From NCBI GenBank assembly GCA_038087875.1, contig CM075979.1, positions 17,360,001-17,424,000 of the forward strand: 64,000 nucleotides of DNA, read 5' to 3'. The notes beneath the pieces were generated by a model that saw only the letters and a program-made list of their open reading frames with translations, had not been told where the DNA came from and made no database searches. Below, one piece after another: positions 25,263-37,340 of this stretch. This stretch comes from Malacoraja senta. Its lineage: Eukaryota. How positions within the stretch are numbered: position 1 is the first letter of the stretch; the number at the start of each line of letters is the position of its first letter. Position numbers and translations under genes: made by a program.

Positions 25263-27035
25263 TTGACTCATTTCCACCCACACAACATTCACCCAACCGC
25301 ACATTTGTGTTTTCACACCAGGAGTTTGGATATACAAGCTGAAATCCGAACCCTATCCAATAAAGAGGTCATTGAGAGGTCACATCAGGAACCTCACCAA
25401 TTTGTATCCAATATTTTCACCAAGCAGAAAAAGGATGGAGGAGTTCATATTATCCTAGACTTGACTGAACTCAACTCTTTTGTGCAGTATAAACATTTCA
25501 AAATGGATAGTTTTGCCACTGCCATCCAAATGATTTCTGAAGGTGGCTACATGGCATGCATCGACCTTAAAGATGCATACTACACGGTACCTATTCACAG
25601 GGAGCACAGGAGGTATTTGAAATTTAACTGGATGGGCCAATTATGGCAGTTCAAAGCATTGCCCAATGGGCTGACTTCAGCTCCAAGACTATTTACCAAA
25701 CTACTGAAACCCATTCTGGGGCTATTACGGGCTCAGAACCACATGGTCAAGGCATATTTGGATGACATCCTCATTTTCGGGGTCACCGAGCTATCGGCAG
25801 TATCATCTGTCTCAGCCACCAAACTCATGTTTGAAAGATTGGGTTTTCTCATCCATCCAGTTAAGTCCAAGTTGACACCTACCAGGGTTATGGATTACCT
25901 GGGGTTTACAATTAACTCAGTCCGCATGTCAGTGACTCTGCCTTGGGGCAAACAATTAGAGTTAACCAAAGCTTGTAATGACCTTATTGAAAAACATAAG
26001 CCATCAATTAGACATACAGCAAGTGTAATTGGCAAACTAGTGGCGGCATTTCCAGCAGTGCGTTATGGACCTTTGCACTATCAAAATTTACAACGTGCAA
26101 AGGAACAGGCACTTAGATCCCACGCTGGCCTTTACGGTAGACCAATGCGATTACCAGCCGAGGCCGTTTCTGAACTACAATGGTGGATGATGAATATACG
26201 TCATAGCTCCAGGGATATTTTGCTGGATACTCCTTCGGTCGTCTTACAAACCGATGCAAGCGGCCTAGGATGGGGAGAAACTGATACCATCTCCAGCTGT
26301 GGTGGGAGGTGGAATGAGCAGGAGTCCTTGATTCTTCAGCAACGAGGTATTAACTACTTAGAGTTGTTGGGGGCTCACTATGGGCTAAAGGCTTATTGCA
26401 GCACTATGCAACATGAGCATGTTCAGCTCCAGATTGACACTACCGTGGTGGCGTATATTAATCACATGGGTGGTGTTAAGTCTGTGTCTTGTGATAGATT
26501 GGCAAATCTTATTTGGCACTGGTGTATTGCAAGGGATATTTGGGTCTCAGCTGGCTACCTACCGGGTAGATACAACACGGTGGCGGACACCAGATCAGGG
26601 ATTTTCAACGACAACACAGAATGGATGCTGAATCGTGCAGTATTTAACGATATTATTACCTGGTATGGCATCCCGGATATTGATCTGTTCGCATCCAGAT
26701 TAAATCACCAATTACCCAAATATGTGTCCTGGGAGCCAGACCCAGGGGCAGTAGCAGTAGATGCATTTTCACTACACTGGGGAGAAAATGTTTTATATGC
26801 TTTTCCCCCATTTTGCCTCATCGGCCGATGCTTGGCTAAAATCAAGCAAGACAATGCCACAGGCATTTTGGTAGTGCCTGACTGGCCTACACAGTATTGG
26901 TTTCCACAAGTCCTGGGAATTATAACACAGCCTTTTATGACTGTCCCTAAAAGCAGGGAACTTCTCGTTCATCCAGTAACGGGGAACATCCATCCTCTAC
27001 ATGACCGAATCAATCTATTGGTTTGCAGATTCTGA
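25263..27035 (+). CDS. DIRS pol: reverse transcriptase, RNase H and C-terminal DNA adenine-methyltransferase-like domain (N-terminus probably frameshifted)
   Basis: IDLKDAYY, LPNGLTSAPRLFTK, AYLDDILI; TDASGLGWG, INYLELLG, NTVADTRS; IDLFASRLN...DAFSLHW...YAFPPF. Confidence 0.9.
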   Translation: MTHFHPHNIHPTAHLCFHTRSLDIQAEIRTLSNKEVIERSHQEPHQFVSNIFTKQKKDGGVHIILDLTELNSFVQYKHFKMDSFATAIQMISEGGYMACIDLKDAYYTVPIHREHRRYLKFNWMGQLWQFKALPNGLTSAPRLFTKLLKPILGLLRAQNHMVKAYLDDILIFGVTELSAVSSVSATKLMFERLGFLIHPVKSKLTPTRVMDYLGFTINSVRMSVTLPWGKQLELTKACNDLIEKHKPSIRHTASVIGKLVAAFPAVRYGPLHYQNLQRAKEQALRSHAGLYGRPMRLPAEAVSELQWWMMNIRHSSRDILLDTPSVVLQTDASGLGWGETDTISSCGGRWNEQESLILQQRGINYLELLGAHYGLKAYCSTMQHEHVQLQIDTTVVAYINHMGGVKSVSCDRLANLIWHWCIARDIWVSAGYLPGRYNTVADTRSGIFNDNTEWMLNRAVFNDIITWYGIPDIDLFASRLNHQLPKYVSWEPDPGAVAVDAFSLHWGENVLYAFPPFCLIGRCLAKIKQDNATGILVVPDWPTQYWFPQVLGIITQPFMTVPKSRELLVHPVTGNIHPLHDRINLLVCRF

Positions 27036-28007
27036 GGAGACCATACCTGGGGCTCAGACTGTCTAATCGAACCGTGGATGTGATGACAGCAGCCTGGAGG
27101 GACAGTACACAAAAACAGTACGTCTCTCACATCAAGAAGTGGGAGATGTTCTGTACTGTCTCAAATATCTCGTATTATACAGCATGCATTACGGATGTCC
27201 TGGAATTTCTATCTGCCCTGTACTATGACCAAAAACTGAGCTACAGTGCCATTAATAGTGCCAGAAGCGCACTATCCTCCTATTTAATGCTGGGGGCAGG
27301 GCACCAGACGGTAGGGACGCACCCTTTAATAACTAGGTTCATGAAGGGCATTTTTAATTCCATACCACCAAGGCCCCCGGTACACGGACATATGGAATGT
27401 AAGCGTAGTGCTTACACTGCTTCGCCAGTGGGCGCCAGCTCCCTCTCTACCCTTATCTAAGCTCACCCTAAAAGTGGTCATGCTTATGGCACTTGTAACT
27501 GCGCAGCGAGTCCAGACTTTGCACAAGCTGCGTCTCGACTTCATGACCACCAATGTAAACATTATAACCTTTTACATAGAGGGCTTGATCAAACAGAGCA
27601 GGCCAGGGGTGCCAGGGATCAAGATAGAGTTCCTGGCATATTCCGAGGATCCACGGTTGTGTGTCGTATCACATTTACGCCATTATATTAAGGTCACCAA
27701 GGACCTCAGAGGCTCTGAGCAATCGGTCCTAATTAGTTACAAAAAGCCTCACCATAAGGTATCAGCACAAACCATTTCCAGATGGTTAAAGGAGGTACTG
27801 GCGAGTGCAGGAGTGAACATTGACACTTTTAAATCTCACTCCACCAGGGCTGCATCTACGTCGGCAGCAAGAGCAATGGATGTACCCCTGGAAAACATCC
27901 TAGCGGCTGCAGGATGGACCAATGAACGAATGTTGCACCGGTTTTACAACAAGCCTATTGCCGGACCAGGGGTGTTTGCACGTACCATTTTAAATTATGT
28001 TTTGTAG
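27023..28007 (+). pseudogene. DIRS tyrosine recombinase, frameshifted near 27375
   Basis: SYSAINSARSALS, HPLITRFMKG; LVTAQRVQTL, HSTRAAS, AAGW...RFY catalytic signature. Confidence 0.88.
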
Positions 28008-30757
28008 TTTTCCCCCCAGGATGGTAGGGGTTACTATTATTATTTTTTCTTTTTCATATTAAAGCATCAGTTTATTACCTAACTAAAGTTATGCCTGAGT
28101 GCTTTAACTTTTCACTCATCCATGGTCAATCCATTCAGTGTGTGACGCCTGGACTCGTATCCGGCGTGAAGTCACAGAGCTTTAAAGTCTTCACGTAGTC
28201 ACTCACGTGACTCCGAAGTAAAATAGTAAGATCAAACGAGAACTTACCCGTTTGATCTTGATTTTATGAGGAGTTACGATGAGCGATTACGTGCCCCCCG
28301 CTCCCTCCCTCATATTATCAAGGTCATCAGGTAGTTCTATTTCTCAATCTTACCATCCTCAGGTCATTTTCTCTTTTCTGTGATTTCACACCGCTGCATA
28401 AAATCAAGATCAAACTTCAAACTGGTAAGTTCTCGTTTAATCTTACTATTTCTGTGCATAATGTGCATTTTCCTTCAGATGAATTTTGCTTCTGACCTGT
28501 CTTACATTTACTCCATGTCAAACTTAGTCTAACTTATATGAGAAAATATTTCCTCCCACTAAATGTTTGAAACACTGATGCCAGTGTCTTCAGTCTCTAC
28601 CATAACTCTGCTCCCTATCCTTACACTCAATTCCTCTCCTAAGTTGGCATTAACCTATTCATGACACATATCCATTTTGTCAGCAAGACTGTGTAGTGAG
28701 ACCAGGCAGGTTGAGCGAAATGATTTTTATTGACAAAACACAAACAAGCTCGTAAAACCGCGTACCTAGTTTAGCTAACGGACACAGCTCCTGTTGATAG
28801 GAGCGCTAATAACTAACTAAAAAGTCCGCGGACGTACCCCCGCGGTCACGTGACTGCCGCCCAATGACGAGGGTTCTGACTTCCCAGCCTCACCACTATG
28901 CCGCTACTGGACCCACCCCCCCCCCCCCCCAACGAAAAGAAAACGAGCAGGAGTCCAAATCAGGCGGTCAGACCGTGTGGAGACAGGAGGACCAGGTAGA
29001 ACAGGCACAACAGGCGTAACCGGCACAACAAGTGCAACCGGCGAAAGCGGGATGGCCAGCGGACGTCCTCTACGATGGGGCTGGGCCACCAACATCGACT
29101 CCAGGTGGGCGGGCTTGAGGCGGGCCACCAAAACGACCTCCTGCCGGCCCCCGACATCCAAAACAAAAGTTGCGACGCCGGGTTGCAACACCCGGAAGGG
29201 ACCCTGCAGAGGAAAACAAATTGGCAGTCCTTGAGTGCAGGCGGAATATAGGATGGAGCAACACCATGGCGAGAGGTCGGAACAGGGGCTAGCCGACCCA
29301 CTTTCTCAGAGGTGCGCCAGCACAGATGAAGGGGGTTCCTGCTGCCAACGAGCCACTGGAAGAAAATCGCCGGGTACCTTCAGCGGGGAGCCGTAAACCA
29401 ACTCAGCAGATGACGTGGCCAAATCCGCCTTAGGGGCCCGTGCGGATCCCCAGCAGCACCCAAGGCAATGCATCCACCCAATCAGGGCCCGTGAGTCGTG
29501 CTTTCAACGAGGACATCAGGTGCTGGTGAAAACGCTCGACCAAGCCGTTGGCCTGCGGATGGTAAGCAGTAGTATGATGCAGCTGAGCGCCGTACAGCTG
29601 GGCCATAGCCGACCACAGGGCAGAGATGAACTGAGCAGCACAGTCCGAAGAGATATCGGCGGGAACTCCAAAACGTGCCACCCATTGGGCCGCGAGAGCC
29701 CGAGCACAAGTCGCGGCAGAGGTGTCAGGGAGCGGGACGGCCTCGGGCCACCGCGTGAAACGGTCCACAATGGTGAGCAGGTGGGTGACACCTAGGGACA
29801 GCGGCAGGGGACCCACCAGGTCGAAGTGAATGTGATGGAACCGGTGCTGAGGGACGGTGAAATCTTGGAGAGGAGCACGTACATGACGCTGGACCGTGGA
29901 CATCTGGCAGGGAATGCAGGCCCTGGCCCCAACCTGCTTGTGGGGGCCATGCCAGACAAACTTGGCCGCCACCAATGCAGTAGTCGCCCAGATGGAAGGA
30001 TGGGCCAGACCGTGGTTAGAGTCAATAATACGCCGTGGCCAAACCGCAGGGACGATGGGCCGCGGCTGCCCGATGTAGACATCACAAAGGACCGTCACGC
30101 CCGAGCAGGACGTCCTCCAACACCAACCCCGAAACAACAGTGCGATAGGGAAGCATCTCGTCCCCATCCCGTTGCGCAGCAGCCAGTCCAGAATAATCAA
30201 TGCCCGGGTTACGGACAGCACGGCATGAACAGCAGGGCGAGATAAGGTGTCAGTGACCTGGTTAAGCTCACCCGCCACGTGCAGGACACTGGTGGTAAAC
30301 TTTGAGATGAACGGCAGATGCCATTGCTGGCGAACGGACCAGGGGTCGGACACCTTCGTGAACGCAAAAGAGAGAGGCTTTTGGTCGGTGAACGCCGTGA
30401 AGGGCCTGCCCTCCAGGAAATACCGGAACTGTCGAACCGCCAAATAGAGGGCCAGGAGCTCGCGGTCAAAAGCACTATAGTTCTGCTCGGGGGGGGGGGG
30501 GGGTGCAGTATGCCCGACGGCAGTATCAGAAGCGTCGACAGTGAGGGCGGTTGGGGAAGCAGCATGGTGGCGTTAGCGAGCGCCTCCTTGGCCCCGTCAA
30601 AAGCGGCCGTGGTCTCCGCGTCCCAAACACGGGAACAAAGGCCGCATGACCCGGGCCGCCGCTGGCACAAAACAGTGAGAGAAGTTGATCATGCCCACGA
30701 ACTCCTGGAGCCCTTTAACGGTGTGCGGCTGGGGAAACTGCCGAATCGCCTCCACCA

Positions 30758-31006
30758 TTTTCTTTTTTTAAATAAAAAATATTTATTCAAACATTAAAAT
30801 AGTATTTACAACACAATAAAACAAAACAGAACCCACCACCATAGCACAAGACAAAACAGATATACCAAGTAAACTACTAAACAACTATATTACAATCCTT
30901 GTCCAGGATACACTCAATCCACCTCGGTGCCCAACGAAAATGCCCCAGGGTGCCCATGGACAACGCGTAGTCCCTCTCCAGTACTACCTGGGCGCGGACG
31001 TAACCC
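30758..31006 (-). mobile_element. L1/Tx1-type LINE 3' fragment inserted in Gypsy pol
   Basis: A-rich tail on the minus strand at 30758-30790. Upstream frame GYVRAQVVLERDYALSMGTLGHFRWAPRW resembles Tx1 ORF2 C-termini. Gypsy RT/RH sequence resumes on both sides. Confidence 0.55.
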
Positions 31007-31607
31007 CGGAAAAAGGGCAGGCAGCTGGCTCAGGCAGAGCATCGCTTCCACCTTGGCGGGGAGGGGATGGTGGTGGCCGTGGAAGGAAATGGAGTCCAGA
31101 CCAAACTGGCATTTGGCGGGGTTAATGACAAGGCCGTGGTCCCTGAGGCGCTAGCACAGCACCCGGAGGGGCACAGTGCTCCTGGAGGGAGCGGCTGGCA
31201 ACCAGAATGTCATCCAGGTATATAAACATGAAGTCCAATCCCCGGCCGACCATGTCCATAAGCCGCTGAAAGGCTTGCGCGGCTTTCTTGAGACCGAACG
31301 GCATCCGCAACCACTCAAACAGGCCAAACGGGGTAATGATGGCAGTCTTGGGCACATCATCGGGGTGGACGGGGATCTGGTGGTACCCGCGCACCAGATC
31401 AACTTTGGAAAATATTTTTGCCCCGTCTAAATAGGCCGTGAAATCCTGGATGTGCGGGACTGGGTAGCGGTCCGCAGTCATGGCATTGTTAAGGCGGCGG
31501 TAGTCCCCGCATGGTCTCCACCCGCAGGACGACTTAGGGACCATATGGAGTGGGGAAGCCCATGGGCTGTCGAGCGCTGCACAATACCCATATCCTCCAT
31601 GCACTGG

Positions 31608-33326
31608 CAGGGCCAGCCTTAAGCGAATTGGACCAATTGCTCCCAATTGGGCCCCGCGCCTAATGGGGCCCCGCGCTAGGCTGGTGGGCAATACACTCTA
31701 TCCCCTCAGCAGGGATCTTAGTAGATGAAATTCCTCACCGACAACACAGCCCCACGGTTAACTCTCAATACTGTCACCCCAGTGATGGAAATAGGGGGTA
31801 CGCAGGGGGACGGCGTTCCCCTACTTTTCAGTTTCCAGCTCGGGTTTAATGAGTACTGCAGAAAGATTGGAGTCGTTTGTCACTTGATTCGACTGAGACA
31901 AAACGATTTGTTAACTACCACTGTTAGCATTTGTTAACAGCCAGTAGTTAACACGTAGTTATACAATGTGTCACCAATACATCGATCTGCATTCCTCAGT
32001 CAATATAATTGTGTTTTGACCAAGTATTAATGACGCCGCGTTCCTTTGAATAAAATTCACAGCAGAATTTCTTAAAACTTACTGTCATTAAGGGTTCAGG
32101 ACCGCGAGCACAGGCTTCTTCTGTGCAGGTACAGTCATTCACCCATGTTATTTTAAGAAGGAACTGCAAATTCTGGTTGGTACAAGGAGACTACAAAGCT
32201 CGTAATATCTATTTTTTTACACACTGTAACTTTCTACATTTCTACTTTTGGGTATGTATGTGGCAATTATGGCTCATGGAATTTTCTCCCACACTACTAG
32301 TTATATTCGTAACAACATATTTAAATACGTGAAATTTTCGATCTTTCCCAACCCCTTAAAAATGGCCTGAAGAAGGGACCCGACCCTAAACGTCGCCTAG
32401 CCATTCCTTCCTTAGATAGGCACAAAATGCTGGAGTAACTCAGCGGGTCAGGCAGCATCTCTGGAGAGAAGGAATAGGTGACCTTTTGGGTCGAGACCCT
32501 TCTTCGGACCCTCCATAGATCCAGCCTGACCTGCTGAGTTCTCCAGCACTTTATGTTTTGCTCTTAAAATAAATCCATGGTGCGTTGAAGAAACAACACG
32601 ATAGACCTCTCTGGAAGTGCAAGTTTTGCTGTACACTTCATACTGTAGAACACATCATAATAAACCTTGAGTGAATTATGGAGTTAGATTATTTTTTTTA
32701 ATCTGGTGTCTAGAATTAATCGATACCCACCGTATGTACCTTATATCAGATTTAAATCGGATTTCCGATTTTTTTGTTTTCTTATTTGTCAATTTTTTGT
32801 GCCCGATAATTTGGCGGCCAATCAACCGCTGTCTCTAAGGGGGTTGCGTCTAATCACCAACCAGCTTCCCTTAAAATTCCCGTCCAATCAACAAATCGCT
32901 CTCCTCCCGTCCAATCAGCCTCTGTCTGCAAGGGCATTGTGTCAAATCACATAATGCGCTGGTCACTTGGCGGCCAATCAGACACCCTCCAAGGGGCGTT
33001 GTGACCAATCACCGACCAGCTTCTTTTAAAATTCCAGTCCAATCAACAAACCAGTCTCCTCCTGTCCAATCAGCCGCTGTCTCCAAGGCCATTGTGTCCA
33101 ATCACATAATGCAGTTTGATGGTAATTAGCAGCTACGATATAGGTTGGAAGCCAGCGGAGGTACTGACAGTCAGACTCTCCAGTCAGAGCAGGAGAGATT
33201 AAGACAGTGTATGATCCATAGCACCTCAGTGTACATTTTCATAATATATACTAAATAACAGGGCTGACAGACCTTGGCTGGGAACCTGGGGCTCACCAAA
33301 ATTGTTCCCTCCTAAGGCCGGCCCTG
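31608..33326. mobile_element. Non-autonomous hAT-type DNA transposon (1719 bp)
   Basis: TIR CAGGGCCAGCCTTA / TAAGGCCGGCCCTG. 8-bp TSD TGCACTGG (31600-31607) / TGCGCTGG (33327-33334). Removing it restores Gypsy KEGFQRMEDMGIV. Confidence 0.85.
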
Positions 33327-33998
33327 TGCGCTGGAACCCCTCCTTAGCCAACCACAGCTTGTCGGGCGGGAGCCTGCTCGCTCGTTTGCGGAGCAGAGGG
33401 CCGGTGGTGAGGATATGATGGACGACACCATGTTTAGGGGTGGCCGATTTAAACTGAGGAGTCAGTATTTCCAGGAACTCGGCCAGAATCAGAGCATATG
33501 CACTGTCCGCATCAGACACTGATCCGAGATGCAGGCCGGAGGAAACCGCTGGCCGCGGTGATGCGTGCTGGAAGGACTCGGGATGAATGAGGCGTCAACC
33601 AGTAGGGAAAAGGCCCATAAGAAATCGGGGCCTAGCAATGGCTGGAAGATGACGGCGATAGTAAACGGCCATGTGTAATGGCGGGAGCCGAAAACTAAGG
33701 GACCGGTGCGAGTGCCATACGTTCGGATCAAGATCAAGATTTCCTTTATTGTCATTCAGACCTTTCGGTCTGAACGAAATTGTGATGCCTGCAGTCATAC
33801 ACAGAACCAATAATAACAAAACATACAATAAACACAAATTAAACATCCACCACAGTGTGTTCACCAAGCACATCCTCACTGTGATGGATGAGGCTGCCCT
33901 TGACGGCGGTCAGGGTGGGGCATTGCTTACCAGAACGGGTATCAACCTCGGACGGAGGTAAGATGCTGAGCTCGGCCCCGGTGTCCACAAGGAATCTG

Positions 33999-35027
33999 TA
34001 GGTATGTTACAATACTTACCTTCAATGGCGCTCTAATTCTGCCACTGGCCGTGTGCGCGATTTTGGCGCCTTTAAGGGGGGGCCGGCTTAAAACGCGGGT
34101 TTCTCCTACCTTGTCCTGAATTATATTTCGTTGGAGTACAAGCGTTTGCTGAAAAATCGTTCCATGGGGCGTTTTGTGAATTTTTTATTTTTATTAAATC
34201 GACAATGTCAGCCCTGGAGTCATTTTAAAAGCAGCTCCTGAAGCCGTCAACGCCGATAACGGGGACGGATTTCACGCACGGGACAGGTAAACGAGTGGTT
34301 TCTTTTAATGTATAAAAGTGCTTCTTAAGAAGCCTTTAATTCACATTTTTGCATGCGAAACGGTGATTTTATTCCCCGAACTAACGGCAGTATTTTTCAT
34401 GCCGATACGGGGTTAAATTCACCGCAAATGAACGTTCCAAATGATCGCGTTCCAGAAATCCTCACTCACAAGATGATTTAAATGCCCATTAATTTATAGG
34501 TATTAAACATTCAATTCCTTCCATTTGGCCTGTAAATTCATGACAATGAGATTTAAAAATTATGTTATATTGTGAATTCTTGTGTGAATGTTATTTGGAC
34601 ACTTGAATGTGAATCTATTCTTAAGAAATTGATAGATGTTTAGATCTAGTAATTGAATTTTGTAATTAGCTACAATTAGGTAACTAACTAATTATATGCT
34701 TTAATTTCATGTCTTCTAAGTAAGATTGTTTCATATTTGTTTCAGAATGCTTCAATCTATAATAACTGAAAATTTCTTTCAGTTCTCTTAATTTTTAAGA
34801 AAGTTATGGGCTTTTGACTGTCCTCGGTCACAGCTTTTGTGTTAAGTCAAAGGAAAAGCAATAGGGAACAAGATGCTAATTTTCGAGTATGAAAATGGCC
34901 ATAACATTTTTAATACTGAAGATATGAAAGTGAATTAGGTGTCAAATTAAACTTCTTTTTATGCTTTATCTGATGGGATAAATTGCAGACTTTATTTTTT
35001 AAATCTCAAAATGTTGTAACATTGCTA
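33999..35027 (+). mobile_element. TAG..CTA 7-bp-TSD DNA transposon, copy 2 (1029 bp)
   Basis: Same TIRs and body as 20038-21070. TSD GAATCTG at 33992-33998 and 35028-35034. Splits the Gypsy protease GLRF|LVDTGAE. Confidence 0.9.
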
Positions 35028-36379
35028 GAATCTGAGCCCAGAATGGCAGTCCCAGACGTATAGGCGATGTTTCTGGCCTCTACTGGCGATCAGCCGAGGC
35101 ATTTCCCAGATGCGAGCAGGGAGCGCGGCATCGGCGGGCCTCTGCACCCTAGTGTTGGTGGTAGTAACACCACAGGCGCTTACTGTGATCCGCAGCGGTC
35201 GGCTGCGGCGCGGCGCTGTCGGTCGATGGTGGAATGGACCATCGAGGCTGTTGCGGAGCCGCGGACACCCGGCTGATGGAAGCACCGTCCTGCTGCTTGG
35301 CAAGCCACAGCTCGTTCGCCCGCTCGGCAAGTTGCAGGGGGTCGGTGAAGTCACACCCGGCGAGGAGCAGGCGGATGCGTCGGGCATCTGCTCCAGGAAA
35401 GCCTGCTCGAAAGGAGACAAGGCTGGTGACCGTCCATCAGCGACAGCATCTCGCTCATCAGCACCGACGGCCGTCCATGTGCAGGAGCCGGGCCGCGCGA
35501 TTGCAGCGGCTGAGCCCGAAGGTACGCAGCAGCAGCGCCTTGAGGCCCTCGTATTTATTGTCGGCGGACGGATTTTGGAGGTAAGGGAGCAATCGGGTGG
35601 CGGTTTCCTGATTTAGCGCGCCAACCATGTAGAAATACCGAGTGGAATCCTCGACGATCTGCCGGATTTGGAACTGGGCCTCGAAGTGTTGAAACCACAC
35701 ATGAGGCTGGACGGCCCAGAAAACGGGCAGTTTAAGGGAAACCGCGTTCTGCTGGGCGGGGTTGCCGTCGAGGTTTTCGGCGGCGTTCATTTTCAGACCC
35801 GAAAAACGTTCGGATCATCGGGGTCACCACTCTAGTGAGACCAGGCAGGTTGAGCGAAATGTTTTTTATTGACAAAACACAAACAGAAGCTCGTAAAACC
35901 GCGTACCTAATCTAGCTAATGAACACAGCTCCTGTTGATAGAAGGAGCGCCAATAACTAACTAAAAAGCCCGCGAACTAACCCCCGCGGTCACGTAACAG
36001 TGCCGACCAATGACGAGGGTTCTGATTTCCCAGCCCCACCACTTGGTGCCGCTACAACTGCTTATTTTCTCAGCTCATATGCTGCTGATACCATTATCAA
36101 TGTATTTTCTAACTCTAGATGCATCTTACATCCACTGTAAACCTGACCTTTATTGTCCATATCCTAGGACGAGACCGCTTCTCCCGTGCACTTTGGCAAA
36201 TAACAATTACTCCACAATAATTTGATTCAGGACCATCTCCACAAGAAATAATTTAAATACCTGTCTTTCACATTCAATAGCACTAGCATCACGTAGTCCC
36301 CACCATCAACATTTTGGGGGTCACCGCTGACCAGAAATTCAATTGGACCAGACACATAGATGTCCTTACTCTGTGAGAC

Positions 36380-37340
36380 AGGGATCATTAGCGTTCAGTA
36401 GAGCCCATACTTGATGTCAGCTTGAGGTCTTGGCTCTCAAATATATTTGTACTCAATTGGCCAAAGGCTGTGCCTGATACTGGAGGCAGTAGTGAATTTC
36501 ATCTTTGTTAGCTGCCTTCATGGGGATGTATCCTCTGTTAAAAGGAATGTTTCCCAAGAGTTTCATTGTGAATCCTGATTATGTTGCACAGCTGAGCCAG
36601 GTTTGCAGATGACCTTTGCCTTCCAATATTTAGTGCAAACTCGCTTCTGGGCCTTGCTTCTGACATGCTTCAGAAAAGGTTTTAATTATGACTTGGAGCT
36701 CGATCTCCAAACACCACATGCATTGTCTGCATATTATCAATCAATGACTGTTTGGGTGATCTTGGTTCTGGAGGGAAGATGTTCATTCTAAAACACACTC
36801 TAGGAGAAAGATTGTTGGAAGTGACGTGCAGTACAGCAGTGAGGAAGATTGAGAGGAATGTGGGACCAAGCAAGTATTTGCTTGTACCCAGCTTGTGGTG
36901 GGATTGGGTCTGTATTGGATCTGTTGATTAGGATTAAAGTTTGCATGTCAAATGTGGAAATGGAACCCATTTCTGAGAATTGGCAAAGGTGAGAGGGATT
37001 CCTCTCAGGTGACAAAGCCAAAAGCTTTTGTGAGTTCATAAAAGGGCTGTATACAGTGGGTGATGCTTCTCTTATCATTTTGATCTGGATTTGTTGTATA
37101 GTGAACATTATTCCCATTGTGCTTTTTGATGGAAGGAATCCACAGACAGCAGCAAAGCAATGGAGCTCTCTGCGGACCTTAAAGAAAGCTGCCTTTCTAG
37201 CATTCCCTCTGGCTGTGGTCTTTACACCTTTAGCTGCTCCCATAGATCTCCCAAGTCTTGCAGCCTTTATGTCATCAGGCTTGATGGCAGCCAATCTTTT
37301 TCACACAAGCACCAAACCAGGAAGGGTAAACTACAAACTT
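36380..37340 (-). mobile_element. Highly degenerate RTE-clade LINE fragment
   Basis: CGFLPSKSTMGIMFTIQQIQ...REASPTVY resembles the RTE RT motif CGFRxxRSTxDxIFxxRQLQEK. Confidence 0.5.

Larger units (their letters stand above)
23651..28451 (+). mobile_element. DIRS1-like tyrosine-recombinase retrotransposon, structurally complete but with disrupted ORFs
   Basis: Gag-like, RT/RNase H/methyltransferase-like and YR ORFs in DIRS order. The internal complementary region (28188-28268) is the reverse complement of the left end (23651-23687) joined to that of the right end (28397-28451). ATTT at both termini. Confidence 0.92.
28692..36056 (-). mobile_element. Ty3/Gypsy LTR retrotransposon (degenerate gag-PR-RT-RH-IN) carrying four nested insertions
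   Basis: LTRs 28692-28908 and 35831-36056; TSD ACTG (28688-28691 / 36057-36060). PBS TGGTGACCCCGA (35818-35829), complementary to the tRNA-Trp 3' end; G-rich PPT at 28912-28930. Gag 35458..35790 (SLKLPVFW), PR FLVDTGAE, RT 31122..31691 (YLDDILVAS), IN 29430..30443 (DRFTRWPEA, HPQANGLVERFH). Confidence 0.92.

Noticed and set aside
25263-28007. Prokaryote-like RT + methyltransferase + integrase cassette (retron, phage or contamination)
   Set aside because: Domain order and ICR structure are those of eukaryotic DIRS1 elements, embedded in vertebrate DNA.
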